A stretch of DNA of 64,000 nucleotides from Minisyncoccota bacterium (lineage in GTDB: Bacteria > Patescibacteriota > Minisyncoccia > UBA9983). Positions 18,744 to 28,178 of this stretch are shown piece after piece. The notes under the pieces were generated by a model that did no database searches, was not told the origin of the DNA, and saw only the letters and a program-made list of their open reading frames with translations. Both the position numbers and the translations under genes were made by a program. Numbering within the stretch: position 1 is the stretch's first letter; each line of letters opens with the position of its first letter. The stretch is from assembly GCA_041648395.1 (NCBI GenBank), contig JBAZPC010000003.1, positions 12,801 to 76,800 of the forward strand, in the 5' to 3' direction.

Positions 18744-18782
18744 GTCCGCAGTGAAAAAATATACACTGCGGACTTTTTATTT
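18744..18782 (+). terminator. rho-independent terminator
   Basis: GTCCGCAGTG...CACTGCGGAC 10-bp stem plus TTTTT. Confidence 0.55.
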
Positions 18783-18906
18783 GCTCAAAATGTTGCAAAA
18801 ATCTGCTATCGCCTAAAATAGTAACACTTTATAAAATTTAAAATTGGGCAAACTTGCAAAAATTTTGCGGAGGTGGTAGGAATTAAGACAGAAAAATTTA
18901 CATGTA

Positions 18907-18980
18907 GCTAGGGAAGCTCAAGTGGCAAGAGCGCCAGACTCTAAATCTGGAGGTTGGCGGTTCAAATCCGCCCCCTGGCA
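18907..18980 (+). tRNA. type-I tRNA with anticodon CUA (reads UAG; putative amber suppressor, amino-acid identity unknown)
   Basis: Acceptor GCTAGGG/CCCTGGC (U3-G70), disc A73. D arm GCTC-AAGTGGCAA-GAGC. Anticodon arm CCAGA-CTCTAAA-TCTGG. Variable loop AGGTT. T arm GGCGG-TTCAAAT-CCGCC. Confidence 0.7.
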
Positions 18981-18993
18981 GCCATGCAAATAA

Positions 18994-19024
18994 AGGGCGG
19001 TTGAAATACACCGCCTTTTTGTTT
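18994..19024 (+). terminator. rho-independent terminator after tRNA(CUA)
   Basis: GGCGGT...ACCGCC stem plus TTTTTGTTT. Overlaps the track's upstream serS start, which supports the serS start at 19058. Confidence 0.5.
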
Positions 19025-19057
19025 GCTCAAAACAGGTGGATTTGGTATTATAAAATT

Positions 19058-20332
19058 ATGTTAGACATCAAATTTATCAGGGAACATTTGGATTTAGTAA
19101 AAGAGGCCGCGAGGAAAAAGCGCATTGATTTTGATGTGGATAAACTTATTGAAGTTGACGACAGGCGTTTGAAGCTTTTAAAAGAAGTTGAAGAAATGAG
19201 AGCTAGGCAAAACACGGCGAGCGATAAAATAGCGCAGATGTCGGGCGATGAAAGGCAGGATGCTATTAATGAAGTAAAAAAATTAAAAGAGGAATTAACA
19301 ACCAGCGAGGGCGCGCTGAAGATAATAGAAAAAGAATGGGAGGAAATGATGTTATTGGCGCCGAATGTGCCGGACCCCTCCGTGCCGGAAGGCGAGAGCG
19401 ACGCGGATAATGTTGAAGTGCGCAAGTGGGGCGAGCCGACAAAATTTGGCTCCCCGCCCAGGGATTTTGAACCGAAAGGCCATATTGAACTAATGGAAAA
19501 ATTAGGGCTTGTTGATTTGGAACGAGGCGCGAAGGTTGCCGGCTTCCGCGGATATTTTTTGAAAGGTGATGGCGCCATGCTCGCGTTTGCCGTTATGCAA
19601 TTCACTTTGGAAAAATTGGCGGAGCAGGGTTTTGAGCCGTTCATCGCGCCGTCGCTTGTGCGCGAAGATAGTTTTTTGGGAACGGGCTGGCTGCCGCAGG
19701 GAAAAGATGAAATTTATAAAACGCAAGACGATTTGTATTTGGCGGGAACAGCCGAAGTGCCGATGATGGGATTTCATAAAGATGAAATTTTACGCGAGGA
19801 GGATTTGCCAAAAACTTACGTCGCGTTTTCGCCGTGCTTCAGGCGGGAGGCGGGAAGCTACGGCAAGGACACGAAAGGAATTTATCGCTTGCACGAGTTT
19901 ATGAAAATTGAGCAGATTGTTTTGTGCGAGGCGGACCATCAGGAATCCGTGAAATGGCACGAGGAGATTACGCGCAATTCCGAGAATATCATGCAAGCGC
20001 TGAAAATTCCGTATCGCGTGGTGGTGAACTGCGGCGCCGACCTCGGTTTGGGGCAAGTGAAAAAATATGACATTGAGGCGTGGGTGCCGTCATGGAAGAG
20101 ATACGGCGAGACGCATTCGTCTTCTTATTTTCATGACTTTCAAACGAGGCGCCTGAATATCCGCTATAAAGACAAGGAGGGAAAAATTCGTTTCGCGCAT
20201 TCGCTAAACAACACTGCCATCGCCGTCCCGCGCATTTTAATTTCGCTTTTGGAAAACTATCAACAAAAAGACGGCACCGTCATCGTCCCTGAAGTTTTGA
20301 GAAAATATCTCGGCAAAGACATAATTTCGTAA
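19058..20332 (+). CDS. serS: seryl-tRNA synthetase
   Basis: MLDIKFIREHLDLV N-terminal coiled coil. Class II motifs FRREAGS..., GETHSSS. Confidence 0.85.
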   Translation: MLDIKFIREHLDLVKEAARKKRIDFDVDKLIEVDDRRLKLLKEVEEMRARQNTASDKIAQMSGDERQDAINEVKKLKEELTTSEGALKIIEKEWEEMMLLAPNVPDPSVPEGESDADNVEVRKWGEPTKFGSPPRDFEPKGHIELMEKLGLVDLERGAKVAGFRGYFLKGDGAMLAFAVMQFTLEKLAEQGFEPFIAPSLVREDSFLGTGWLPQGKDEIYKTQDDLYLAGTAEVPMMGFHKDEILREEDLPKTYVAFSPCFRREAGSYGKDTKGIYRLHEFMKIEQIVLCEADHQESVKWHEEITRNSENIMQALKIPYRVVVNCGADLGLGQVKKYDIEAWVPSWKRYGETHSSSYFHDFQTRRLNIRYKDKEGKIRFAHSLNNTAIAVPRILISLLENYQQKDGTVIVPEVLRKYLGKDIIS

Positions 20333-20478
20333 AAAATCGCCAAAATTCTCTTTTTAAAATCTTACCACTAGCAAGCGATCGCTTGGGAACGGTAAGATTT
20401 TTATTTGACAAAATTTGCGGGTATGATACACTCATACCAGATTTAAAATTTGAACAAAAAAAGAAAGGAGGCAAAATA

Positions 20479-20673
20479 ATGAGAAAAAGAATTATTCTTT
20501 TTGAAGAAGAGGGGTGCAAATTTAAGGCATACTTAGAAAATATTGATACTCAGAAAGTTATAAGCAGAGAGGATGGGAAAACCAAACTTGAAGCGATAGG
20601 CATGCTTGTCGTAAAACATTATAAGGACTTCGGCTTGCATGAAGTTATCAAAATTGACCCTATTCTTGAATAG
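20479..20673 (+). CDS. hypothetical small protein (64 aa)
   Basis: RBS AAAGGAGG 6 nt upstream of MRKRIILF. Terminator hairpin downstream. Confidence 0.35.
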   Translation: MRKRIILFEEEGCKFKAYLENIDTQKVISREDGKTKLEAIGMLVVKHYKDFGLHEVIKIDPILE

Positions 20674-20738
20674 TGTGTACAAGAGGCGGGGAGGATTAAT
20701 CAATACCCGCCTTTTTTATTTTTTGCTAGAATAAGTTT

Positions 20739-21530
20739 ATGCGGAAGGATATTTTGGAGTCATCCAGAAAAATGAGGCGGCAGAGGACGCTTAGAGGTTT
20801 TTCTGTTTTTGGCGCCGTTGTTTTGGTTTTAATTTTCGCTTTTGCCGGCTTGGCGCGAATTCCTTATTTTAAAATTAAAAAAGTGGCGATTGAAGGCAAC
20901 GCCACTTTAGGCAGCGAAGAATTGATGTCGGGTGTGCTCGGCGCCATGGCGGGAAATTATTTTTTCATTTTTCCAAAAAACAACATCTTACTTGCTTTAA
21001 GCGGAGAGATTGAGAAAAAAATAATAAATGAGTTTCCTCGTGTGAAATCAATTTCAATATCAAAAAACCTCCCCGACTCCCTTTCGACAAAAATAGAAGA
21101 GAGAAAATCAACAGCGCTTTTATGCAAAGACGCCGAATGCTATTTTTTGGACGAGAACGGCTTCGCTTTTGAAAAGTCGCCGTATTTTTCCGGCAATATT
21201 TTCATAAAATTTTCAGACGAAAGAGAATCCTCTACTTGGAAGTCCGGCTTCCAAGTGATTTCTGAAGAGCAATTCAAGGGGCTAATGGCGCTTATTGGTT
21301 CTGCTGCTAGAGAGGGCGTAATAGTGACAGATGTTATTTTAAAAAAAGAGGGGATTTATAATTTAAACACGCAAGAGGGGTGGCAGATTATTTTAAGCGA
21401 GAGAAACGACTTTAAAATCGCGACTGACAATTTTAAAATAACTTTGGATAACCAAATAAAAGACAAACGTTCAAAGCTCGAATACATTGATTTGCGCCTG
21501 GCGAACAAAGTTTTCTACAAATTTAAGTAA
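20739..21530 (+). CDS. FtsQ/DivIB-like cell division protein (POTRA)
   Basis: N-terminal TM, then POTRA-like IKKVAIEGNATLGSEEL... and FtsQ-type C-domain. Weak similarity only. Confidence 0.5.
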   Translation: MRKDILESSRKMRRQRTLRGFSVFGAVVLVLIFAFAGLARIPYFKIKKVAIEGNATLGSEELMSGVLGAMAGNYFFIFPKNNILLALSGEIEKKIINEFPRVKSISISKNLPDSLSTKIEERKSTALLCKDAECYFLDENGFAFEKSPYFSGNIFIKFSDERESSTWKSGFQVISEEQFKGLMALIGSAAREGVIVTDVILKKEGIYNLNTQEGWQIILSERNDFKIATDNFKITLDNQIKDKRSKLEYIDLRLANKVFYKFK

Positions 21531-21531
21531 T

Positions 21532-23268
21532 CTAGAATTTATAAATAAATATTGACGAGCCTGCTCGAGCAACCGGTTCTTTTCCTTTCAGCCAGGAATA
21601 AGTGTCATCCGGTTTTATCGTGAATCCGCGCACAGGTTTTGCTATTGAGCCCTCGCGGGCGTTGGCGGATATGGCAAACCACGAGCCGGCGGACGGCTGA
21701 CCTTTTGATGACCACCAATCCTCATATTTGTCGCCGAAATAATATTTGCCGTCGCCGCCGCCGAAATAATGCAAATCAATTTTGTTGACGCTGTTCTCGT
21801 CCATCCAATCGCGCAGCCGCTTCATATCCTGTCCCCAGTCGTAATTTGAGTCGGTGGCGATTTTATAACCGTTGGCCGTACCGCCGGCAAGAATATTGTA
21901 ATAAGAAAGATAGTAAGGATAAGTGACGATTGTTGAAATAAACATAACGGCAAGCAAAATCCCCGTGAGTATGGTTTTGTTAAATTTGGCTATCACTAGC
22001 GCCACTAAAAAATAAGCGAAGGGCAGAATCGGCATAATGTGACGATGGCCGATATTTAAATTTCCGGTGATTGATTGGAAAACGTAGAAGGCGATAAAAA
22101 ATAAACTGGCGATGATGGTAAAATTATTCTTCATCCATTCGCGCGAAAAAGTTGAGCGCCCTCCTGCGCGGGCAAGAGAAATACTTTTTATGGCAAAGAA
22201 AATGGCGATAATAGTGAGAATATGAAAAATCAAACTTTCTTTGAATAGATAAAGGGTCGGGAAATACCATGGCGTCGCTTCGGAATAAACCGTTCCCATA
22301 AAATGCGAAGCGTTTCCTCCGCCCGCGCGTTGAACCACGGAAACGACGCCGAACAAATATTCAGCCAATGGTTTCAAAACATTCGTTCTTATCATCCACG
22401 CAAACGCAGGCATTGTTTTTCTGCCTAAATTGGAAGAGAGGGTGTCGCTTATGTCTTTTATTTGCAGGTCGCTCGGATAATTCCAGACGTGAAAAATATA
22501 AACAATATAAACAAGCGCCAAAGCAATCAATCCAATCATAATTATTTTCCAGAGTAAAGATAAAATTTTTCCCCTGTTAAGAATCCACCACAGCGCGACA
22601 AGGACAAAAAATATGGGCGCCAGGATGACGGTGGAAAATTTAAAAAGCAAGGCGACGCCCAAAAGCGCGCCGGCGATAAAAACATTTCTCCACGACTGAT
22701 TTTTTAAAAAAGCCAAAAAAGAGGCGATGGCGATAAAAAATCCGAAGGCCGCCGCCATGTCCGTGGTGACGTAGCGCGAGTGGGCGATGATGGTTGGTGA
22801 CATAGTGAAAAGGAAAAGTGTGAGAAAGCCAACTTTATCTCCGTAATTTTTTCGCGTCCAATAAAACAAAATCGCGCCGAACAAAACGGCAAGCAGTATC
22901 ATAGGCAGGCGGGCGAGACGGATTATTTTATCCGCGTCATTACCCGCTCGGTATAGAAAAATCTTTCCCATATCCCATTGGCGGCTAGAAATTTTTTCGC
23001 TCCAAGTCGGAATGTTTGTCGGAAAATTAAGATTTAAAAACATAAGCGGAAGAGCGGAAATGTCTTTCATTAACGGCGGGTGTTCAGGATTGAGGCGCAT
23101 ATCTTTCTGTGTCAGATAGGAATAGCCGGCGGGGATGTGCGCCACTTCGTCAAAAGTGGCAGTTTCGTCCCAAGCGGAAAGGAACGACAGCGCGAACATC
23201 AGCGCCAGCAGGCCGCCCGCGGCGATCCGCCAGCCGGCGGATACAAAATTGTTTTTTATTTTATCCAT
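21532..23268 (-). CDS. GT-C family membrane glycosyltransferase (PMT/ArnT-like)
   Basis: ~12 predicted TM helices and a C-terminal soluble domain. Tandem with a second GT-C gene. Confidence 0.6.
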   Translation of the reverse strand: MDKIKNNFVSAGWRIAAGGLLALMFALSFLSAWDETATFDEVAHIPAGYSYLTQKDMRLNPEHPPLMKDISALPLMFLNLNFPTNIPTWSEKISSRQWDMGKIFLYRAGNDADKIIRLARLPMILLAVLFGAILFYWTRKNYGDKVGFLTLFLFTMSPTIIAHSRYVTTDMAAAFGFFIAIASFLAFLKNQSWRNVFIAGALLGVALLFKFSTVILAPIFFVLVALWWILNRGKILSLLWKIIMIGLIALALVYIVYIFHVWNYPSDLQIKDISDTLSSNLGRKTMPAFAWMIRTNVLKPLAEYLFGVVSVVQRAGGGNASHFMGTVYSEATPWYFPTLYLFKESLIFHILTIIAIFFAIKSISLARAGGRSTFSREWMKNNFTIIASLFFIAFYVFQSITGNLNIGHRHIMPILPFAYFLVALVIAKFNKTILTGILLAVMFISTIVTYPYYLSYYNILAGGTANGYKIATDSNYDWGQDMKRLRDWMDENSVNKIDLHYFGGGDGKYYFGDKYEDWWSSKGQPSAGSWFAISANAREGSIAKPVRGFTIKPDDTYSWLKGKEPVARAGSSIFIYKF

Positions 23269-24734
23269 ACTTTTATTACACCAGAAGGAACAAGCCCTTC
23301 ATCTTTTTTAAAAATATATTTGATATTTTTTTCTTTCTGATATTTTTCCAAATAAGTGTCGGTTAAAAACATAACCGTGTTGACCGACATTGGCATATTT
23401 TGATTTTCCGATTCCATGATAACGTATTTGGGCGTTTCTTTCGGCAGGGAATTAAGATAATTGGCCGTGTCGGCGGCATCTTTGGAAAAAGCGCTCGGGA
23501 CATTAGGGTTGTTTGCCCATTTTATAAAATATTGGTTGAATGTCTGAAGAGAAACAAGAGTGAATAAAATAATAACCAGAACTGCGGCCTTCTGGGGAAT
23601 TTTTTGAAGAACAGCATCAAGGCCGAGGGCGGCGAAAATCATAACGGCAGGAATAACAATAATGGCGCGCAGGGCATGCGGAATACCTTCGTTTGAAATC
23701 ATGACAGGAGCGAGGGCGAGAATAATCCATAAAACGAGTAACGCGTAACGGGGGACGAGGAATTTTTTAAAACTTATTACCAACCCTATTAAAAACAATG
23801 CCGCCACTGGCCACCAGAGTTCGGGCGCGCCGGCGAAGTTGTGCCGCCAGTTGAAATCGCCCGCCACAAAAAACATGCCAATAGTGAGGACGACATTTTT
23901 CCCAAGATCAAAGAGGGGAGTGGGGGAAGTGAAAACGGAAACCTGCGAAGTCCGGCCGAGGAACTCGCTGGGATGGACATAAAAGTAAACAGCCAGAGGC
24001 ATTACGGCGATAAAAATTCCCAGCAGAAAAATAAGTATCTCTTTAAAATATTTATCTTTTAATAAAATTATAAAAGCCGGAATCAAAAGAATTGGCATGA
24101 CGCGGTAGGCGATATAGGAATGGAAACCAAAGCCGAAAATGAGACCGGCGAAAAAAAGAGCGGCAGAGGAAATTATTTTTTTTCTGTGCAATTCCACGTG
24201 CTGTTGGGAGTGAAGCCGTTGGGCGAGAGAATCAGGAAATTCATCTTTATGGTCTTCTTTGGGAATGAGTCGCCAAAGCAGCCACAATCCCCAAACCAAA
24301 AAAAACGGCGCCATGATAGCGCGAAAACCGATGCGGGAAAAATTTATGTGCCAATAACTTGTCGCCAAAAAAAACGAAGCGAAGAGGGCGACGGACTCTT
24401 TTTTAAATAACCCTTTCGTTAAAAGATAAAGTCCGAGTATGGTAAAAATTCCAAACATCGCGCTCACGCCTCGCAACGCCCACGGCTTGTTGCCGAAAAT
24501 CTGCACGGACAGCGCCTGGATGTTTATGAACAATCCCTCGCGGCCGTTGTTTTCGGGATAAAAAACTTTGTAGTTTCCTGTGTCATTCGCTTCCAGGGTG
24601 TTTATGCCATTCACCGCCTCGTCCGAAAAAAGCCCCGGCGGGATGGTTGTTATCTGATAGAAGCGAAAAAACGCGGCAAGAGCCAAAATGGCGAACAAAA
24701 CAATCGTCCTATTTTTTCTCAACCATTCTTCCAT
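23256..24734 (-). CDS. GT39/GT83 (ArnT/PMT-like) membrane glycosyltransferase
   Basis: Start taken at MEEWLRKNRTIV. DE motif in the first loop (LFSDEAVNG). Multi-TM. Confidence 0.65.
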   Translation of the reverse strand: MEEWLRKNRTIVLFAILALAAFFRFYQITTIPPGLFSDEAVNGINTLEANDTGNYKVFYPENNGREGLFINIQALSVQIFGNKPWALRGVSAMFGIFTILGLYLLTKGLFKKESVALFASFFLATSYWHINFSRIGFRAIMAPFFLVWGLWLLWRLIPKEDHKDEFPDSLAQRLHSQQHVELHRKKIISSAALFFAGLIFGFGFHSYIAYRVMPILLIPAFIILLKDKYFKEILIFLLGIFIAVMPLAVYFYVHPSEFLGRTSQVSVFTSPTPLFDLGKNVVLTIGMFFVAGDFNWRHNFAGAPELWWPVAALFLIGLVISFKKFLVPRYALLVLWIILALAPVMISNEGIPHALRAIIVIPAVMIFAALGLDAVLQKIPQKAAVLVIILFTLVSLQTFNQYFIKWANNPNVPSAFSKDAADTANYLNSLPKETPKYVIMESENQNMPMSVNTVMFLTDTYLEKYQKEKNIKYIFKKDEGLVPSGVIKVWIK

Positions 24735-24764
24735 TGATTTATATTTTATCGTATAATTAAAACA

Positions 24765-25130
24765 ATGGAAAGCGAAATTGAATATCTTAAACAAAGGATT
24801 GCGGAGCTGGAGAAGCAGGACGTTAATAAAGAAAAGCCGGAGATAATAAAAGAGGCGATTAATGAGCATGTTGAAAAACAGCCGAAGGAGTTTTCCGGCG
24901 CGGAGCAAAAATTTTCCCAGCAGGAAATACAAGCACGCTCTCAAAAAATAAGTGAGATGAAATCGGGGGAGGCGGGACACAATGACCAGGTGGCCGAACT
25001 TCTTCAAATCGCGCATGATAAGGGAATCCTGAACGCCGTTTCTGTAGTTAGGGCGACAGACGACCCGCACCTTGAAGACGAATTTCACGACGCGCTGGTA
25101 AAATATTTCCAAAACGTTAAAAATGTTTAG
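24765..25130 (+). CDS. hypothetical coiled-coil protein (121 aa)
   Basis: Heptad-rich N-terminus. Overlaps the next gene start by 8 nt (operon). Confidence 0.4.
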   Translation: MESEIEYLKQRIAELEKQDVNKEKPEIIKEAINEHVEKQPKEFSGAEQKFSQQEIQARSQKISEMKSGEAGHNDQVAELLQIAHDKGILNAVSVVRATDDPHLEDEFHDALVKYFQNVKNV

Positions 25131-27540
25131 CTCCCAAATTTCTTTTTATATTTTTCTCTTGCTGGTATTTTTTTTAGTTGTTGTTATTCCCGCGTGGCTT
25201 TTGGCGGGCTATTTTAAAAAGAAAAAAGATATCAGCAAGGCGCTCAATCTTGTTCTCTTTGAAATAACTTTTCCCCAAACCGGCGGATTGCAGGAAGGCG
25301 AAAAGAAAAATTTCAAAGAACTGGTGGCGGCGATGGAGCAATTCTACGCCGGCATGTCTGCCTTCGGCCATTATTTCGCGCTTGAAATCGGCTTGCCTTA
25401 TTTTGGCGACGAAATAGTTTTTTACGCCGCTGTGCCCAAAGACAAAAGCCAACTTTTTGAAAAACAGGTACAAGGGCTTTATCCATTAGCAAGAACGGAA
25501 ATTAAAAAAGACGATTACAATATTTTTAGACCCCAAGGATATTCGTTCGGTACAATTATCAAATTAAAACAGAACGCAATTTTGCCGATTAAGACCTACG
25601 ACAAATTTGAACTGGACCCTCTCCAAATTATCGTCAATGTTTTTTCCAAACTGCAGAAGGAGGGCGAGGGGGCGGCGTTGCAAATTATCGTTTCTCCGTC
25701 CGACGATTCCATTATTAAAAAAGCGAAAACGGCGGCGTCCAAAATGAAAAGCGGAAAAAGTTTCAGAGAGGCAAGCCACGACAAAGGCCTGATTGGCGAG
25801 ATGATAGGTGATTTAGAAGCGGCGTTTTTTGGCAGTCCGCACAACGAGAAAAAAAATAAAGAAGAACCGAAACCAGTGGACGACGAAATAGTGAAGCTCT
25901 TGGAAAGCAAGGCGTCAAAACAGGCGATGCCGGCGAACGTCCGCCTCGTCATTTCCGCCGAAGACAAATCCAAGGCGGAACTTATTTTATCGGAATTGGA
26001 AAGCGCGTTTTTGCAGTTCAATGAAACGCAAGGGAACAGCTTTTATTTCATCCGTCCGTCCGGCCGCCGGCTCAAAAATTTCTTTCATGATTTTTCTTTC
26101 AGGATTCCCCGAAAAGACGACGCCATTCTTTTAAACACAGCCGAGCTTACTTCGCTTTTTCATTTTCCATCCGACTTCACCTCCGCCGTCGCGCCCCAGC
26201 TGAAATATTCGCGGCTGAAAGAAGCGGCGCCGCCGTTGAATCTGCCGCAGTCAGGGCTTCTTCTCGGCAAAAGCGTTTTCAGGGGCGAAGAGAAAAATGT
26301 TTTTATAAATGAAGACGACAGGCGAAGGCATTTTTACATCATCGGCCAGACGGGCACAGGCAAGTCCGTTCTGCTTAAGAATATGATTGCCCAAGACATT
26401 GAAGCGGGACGCGGTGTTTGCTTCATTGACCCGCATGGCTCCGACCTTCAGGATATTCTCTCGCGCATACCAAAAGAACGCGTTGACGATTTGATTTATT
26501 TCAATCCCGGCGATGTCCAGCGCCCGATGGGACTCAATATGCTTGAATACGACCAGAATTATCCGGAACAAAAAACTTTTATTGTCAACGAACTGCTCGG
26601 CATCTTTAATAAACTTTTTGATATGAAGACCGCCGGCGGACCGATGTTTGAACAATATTTTAGAAATGCCGTAATGCTGGTGATGGACGACCCCGCCTCT
26701 GGCAACACGCTTTTTGAAGTGAGCAGAGTTTTGAGCGACAAGGCATTCCGCGAGCTTAAATTATCAAAATGTTCCAATCCGATTACCAAATCATTTTGGA
26801 AAGAAGTGGCGGAGAAGGCGGGCGGAGAGGCGTCGCTTGCCAACATGGTGCCTTACATCACCAGCAAGTTTGATAATTTTCTTTCCAACGACATCATGCG
26901 TCCGATAATCTCGCAGGAAAAATCGGCATTCAATTTCAGAAAAGCGATGGACGAAGGAAAAATTCTGCTGGTCAATCTTTCTAAAGGGCGGCTCGGCGAC
27001 CTCAACTCAAATCTTCTCGGGCTTATCATTGTCGGCAAACTTTTGATGGCGTCATTGTCGCGCGCGGATATGGCGGAGAGCGAACGCAAAGATTTTTATC
27101 TTTACATTGACGAATTCCAAAACGTGACGACCGATTCCATCGCCACCATTCTTTCCGAGGCGAGAAAATATAAATTGGATTTAACTATCGCGCATCAATA
27201 TATCGGCCAGCTGGAAGAGAGCATCAAGAAGGCGGTGTTCGGCAACGTTGGTTCTATGGCGGCGTTTAGAATTGGTGCGGAGGACGCGGAATTTTTGAAG
27301 AATCAATACGAACCGGTTTTCAATTCTCACGACCTCCTCAACATTGATAATTACAACGCCTACCTTAAGCTTTTGGTGGAGGGTCAGACGTCGCGGCCGT
27401 TCAACATCCAAACCGTTGCGTTTAAAAAAGGCAACCCCGAGCTTGGCAAAATGATGGCGCAATTGTCGTCATCGCGCTACGGCAGGACAAAAATGGAAGT
27501 GGAAGAGGAGATAAATAAAAGATATAATATTCAGACATGA
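25123..27540 (+). CDS. membrane-anchored P-loop ATPase, VirD4/TraG/HerA(DUF87)-like, with an uncharacterised N-terminal domain
   Basis: TM helix. Walker A IIGQTGTGKS, IDPHGSD, Walker B LYIDEFQN, TIAHQYIGQL. N-terminal 300 aa paralogous to the 57406..58578 protein. Confidence 0.6.
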   Translation: MFSSQISFYIFLLLVFFLVVVIPAWLLAGYFKKKKDISKALNLVLFEITFPQTGGLQEGEKKNFKELVAAMEQFYAGMSAFGHYFALEIGLPYFGDEIVFYAAVPKDKSQLFEKQVQGLYPLARTEIKKDDYNIFRPQGYSFGTIIKLKQNAILPIKTYDKFELDPLQIIVNVFSKLQKEGEGAALQIIVSPSDDSIIKKAKTAASKMKSGKSFREASHDKGLIGEMIGDLEAAFFGSPHNEKKNKEEPKPVDDEIVKLLESKASKQAMPANVRLVISAEDKSKAELILSELESAFLQFNETQGNSFYFIRPSGRRLKNFFHDFSFRIPRKDDAILLNTAELTSLFHFPSDFTSAVAPQLKYSRLKEAAPPLNLPQSGLLLGKSVFRGEEKNVFINEDDRRRHFYIIGQTGTGKSVLLKNMIAQDIEAGRGVCFIDPHGSDLQDILSRIPKERVDDLIYFNPGDVQRPMGLNMLEYDQNYPEQKTFIVNELLGIFNKLFDMKTAGGPMFEQYFRNAVMLVMDDPASGNTLFEVSRVLSDKAFRELKLSKCSNPITKSFWKEVAEKAGGEASLANMVPYITSKFDNFLSNDIMRPIISQEKSAFNFRKAMDEGKILLVNLSKGRLGDLNSNLLGLIIVGKLLMASLSRADMAESERKDFYLYIDEFQNVTTDSIATILSEARKYKLDLTIAHQYIGQLEESIKKAVFGNVGSMAAFRIGAEDAEFLKNQYEPVFNSHDLLNIDNYNAYLKLLVEGQTSRPFNIQTVAFKKGNPELGKMMAQLSSSRYGRTKMEVEEEINKRYNIQT

Positions 27541-28172
27541 AGAAAAACGACTTAGTAATGGCTTTAGTTCTCGGCGAAGTTTGCGCTTGGTTGATGTTTT
27601 TAATAGGAAAGAATTTAGCATTGGAAAATCCGGCGATGGCGGTGGCTTTGCCGTATTTTAAGTATTTGCCGATTGTTTTTCCTGTTCTTTGCGCGCTTGG
27701 ATTGGCGGCAGCTTATTTCATCAGCAAAATAATCCCGATTGTTTATCAGCTCGGAAAATTTATTCTGGTAGGCGGAACGAATTTCCTCATTGATATGGGC
27801 GTGCTCAATTTTCTTATTTTTTACACCGGCATTTCCGCGGGCCTGCCGCAGTCGGGCTTCAAGGGAGTTTCTTTTTTGGTGGCCGTTTGGAATAGTTATT
27901 TTTTGAATAAATATTGGACATTCAAAAGGGAAACAACTGAAAGCGCGATGAAAGAATTTTCCCAATTTCTTATTGTCACACTCATCGGCTTTGCCATAAA
28001 TCTTGGCGTGGATTACGTTGCTGTTAATATGATAAACCCGCTGGGGGGAATGTTGCCGAAGACATGGGCGCAAGTGGGAGCGATAATTGCCGCCGTCACA
28101 GCGCTGGGATGGAACTTCCTTGGCTACAAATTTTTAGTTTTTGAAACGAAACCAAAAGAGGCGATAAAATAA
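27537..28172 (+). CDS. GtrA-family polysaccharide-synthesis membrane protein
   Basis: ILVGGTNFLIDMGVLNFL...NKYWTFK GtrA motifs. ATGA start/stop overlap with the upstream gene. Confidence 0.55.
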   Translation: MKKNDLVMALVLGEVCAWLMFLIGKNLALENPAMAVALPYFKYLPIVFPVLCALGLAAAYFISKIIPIVYQLGKFILVGGTNFLIDMGVLNFLIFYTGISAGLPQSGFKGVSFLVAVWNSYFLNKYWTFKRETTESAMKEFSQFLIVTLIGFAINLGVDYVAVNMINPLGGMLPKTWAQVGAIIAAVTALGWNFLGYKFLVFETKPKEAIK

Positions 28173-28178
28173 TTTTAA

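Noticed and set aside
19001-19057. Upstream extension of serS (MKYTAFLFAQNRWIWYYKI...)
   Set aside because: The extension overlaps the terminator hairpin of the preceding tRNA and lacks an RBS. The conserved SerRS N-terminus starts at MLDIKF (19058).
20351-20400. GCGATCGC (HIP1-like octamer) in the serS terminator loop and again at ~60253 in mnmA
   Set aside because: Two occurrences in 64 kb are about what chance predicts, so it is not evidence of a cyanobacterial-type iterated palindrome.
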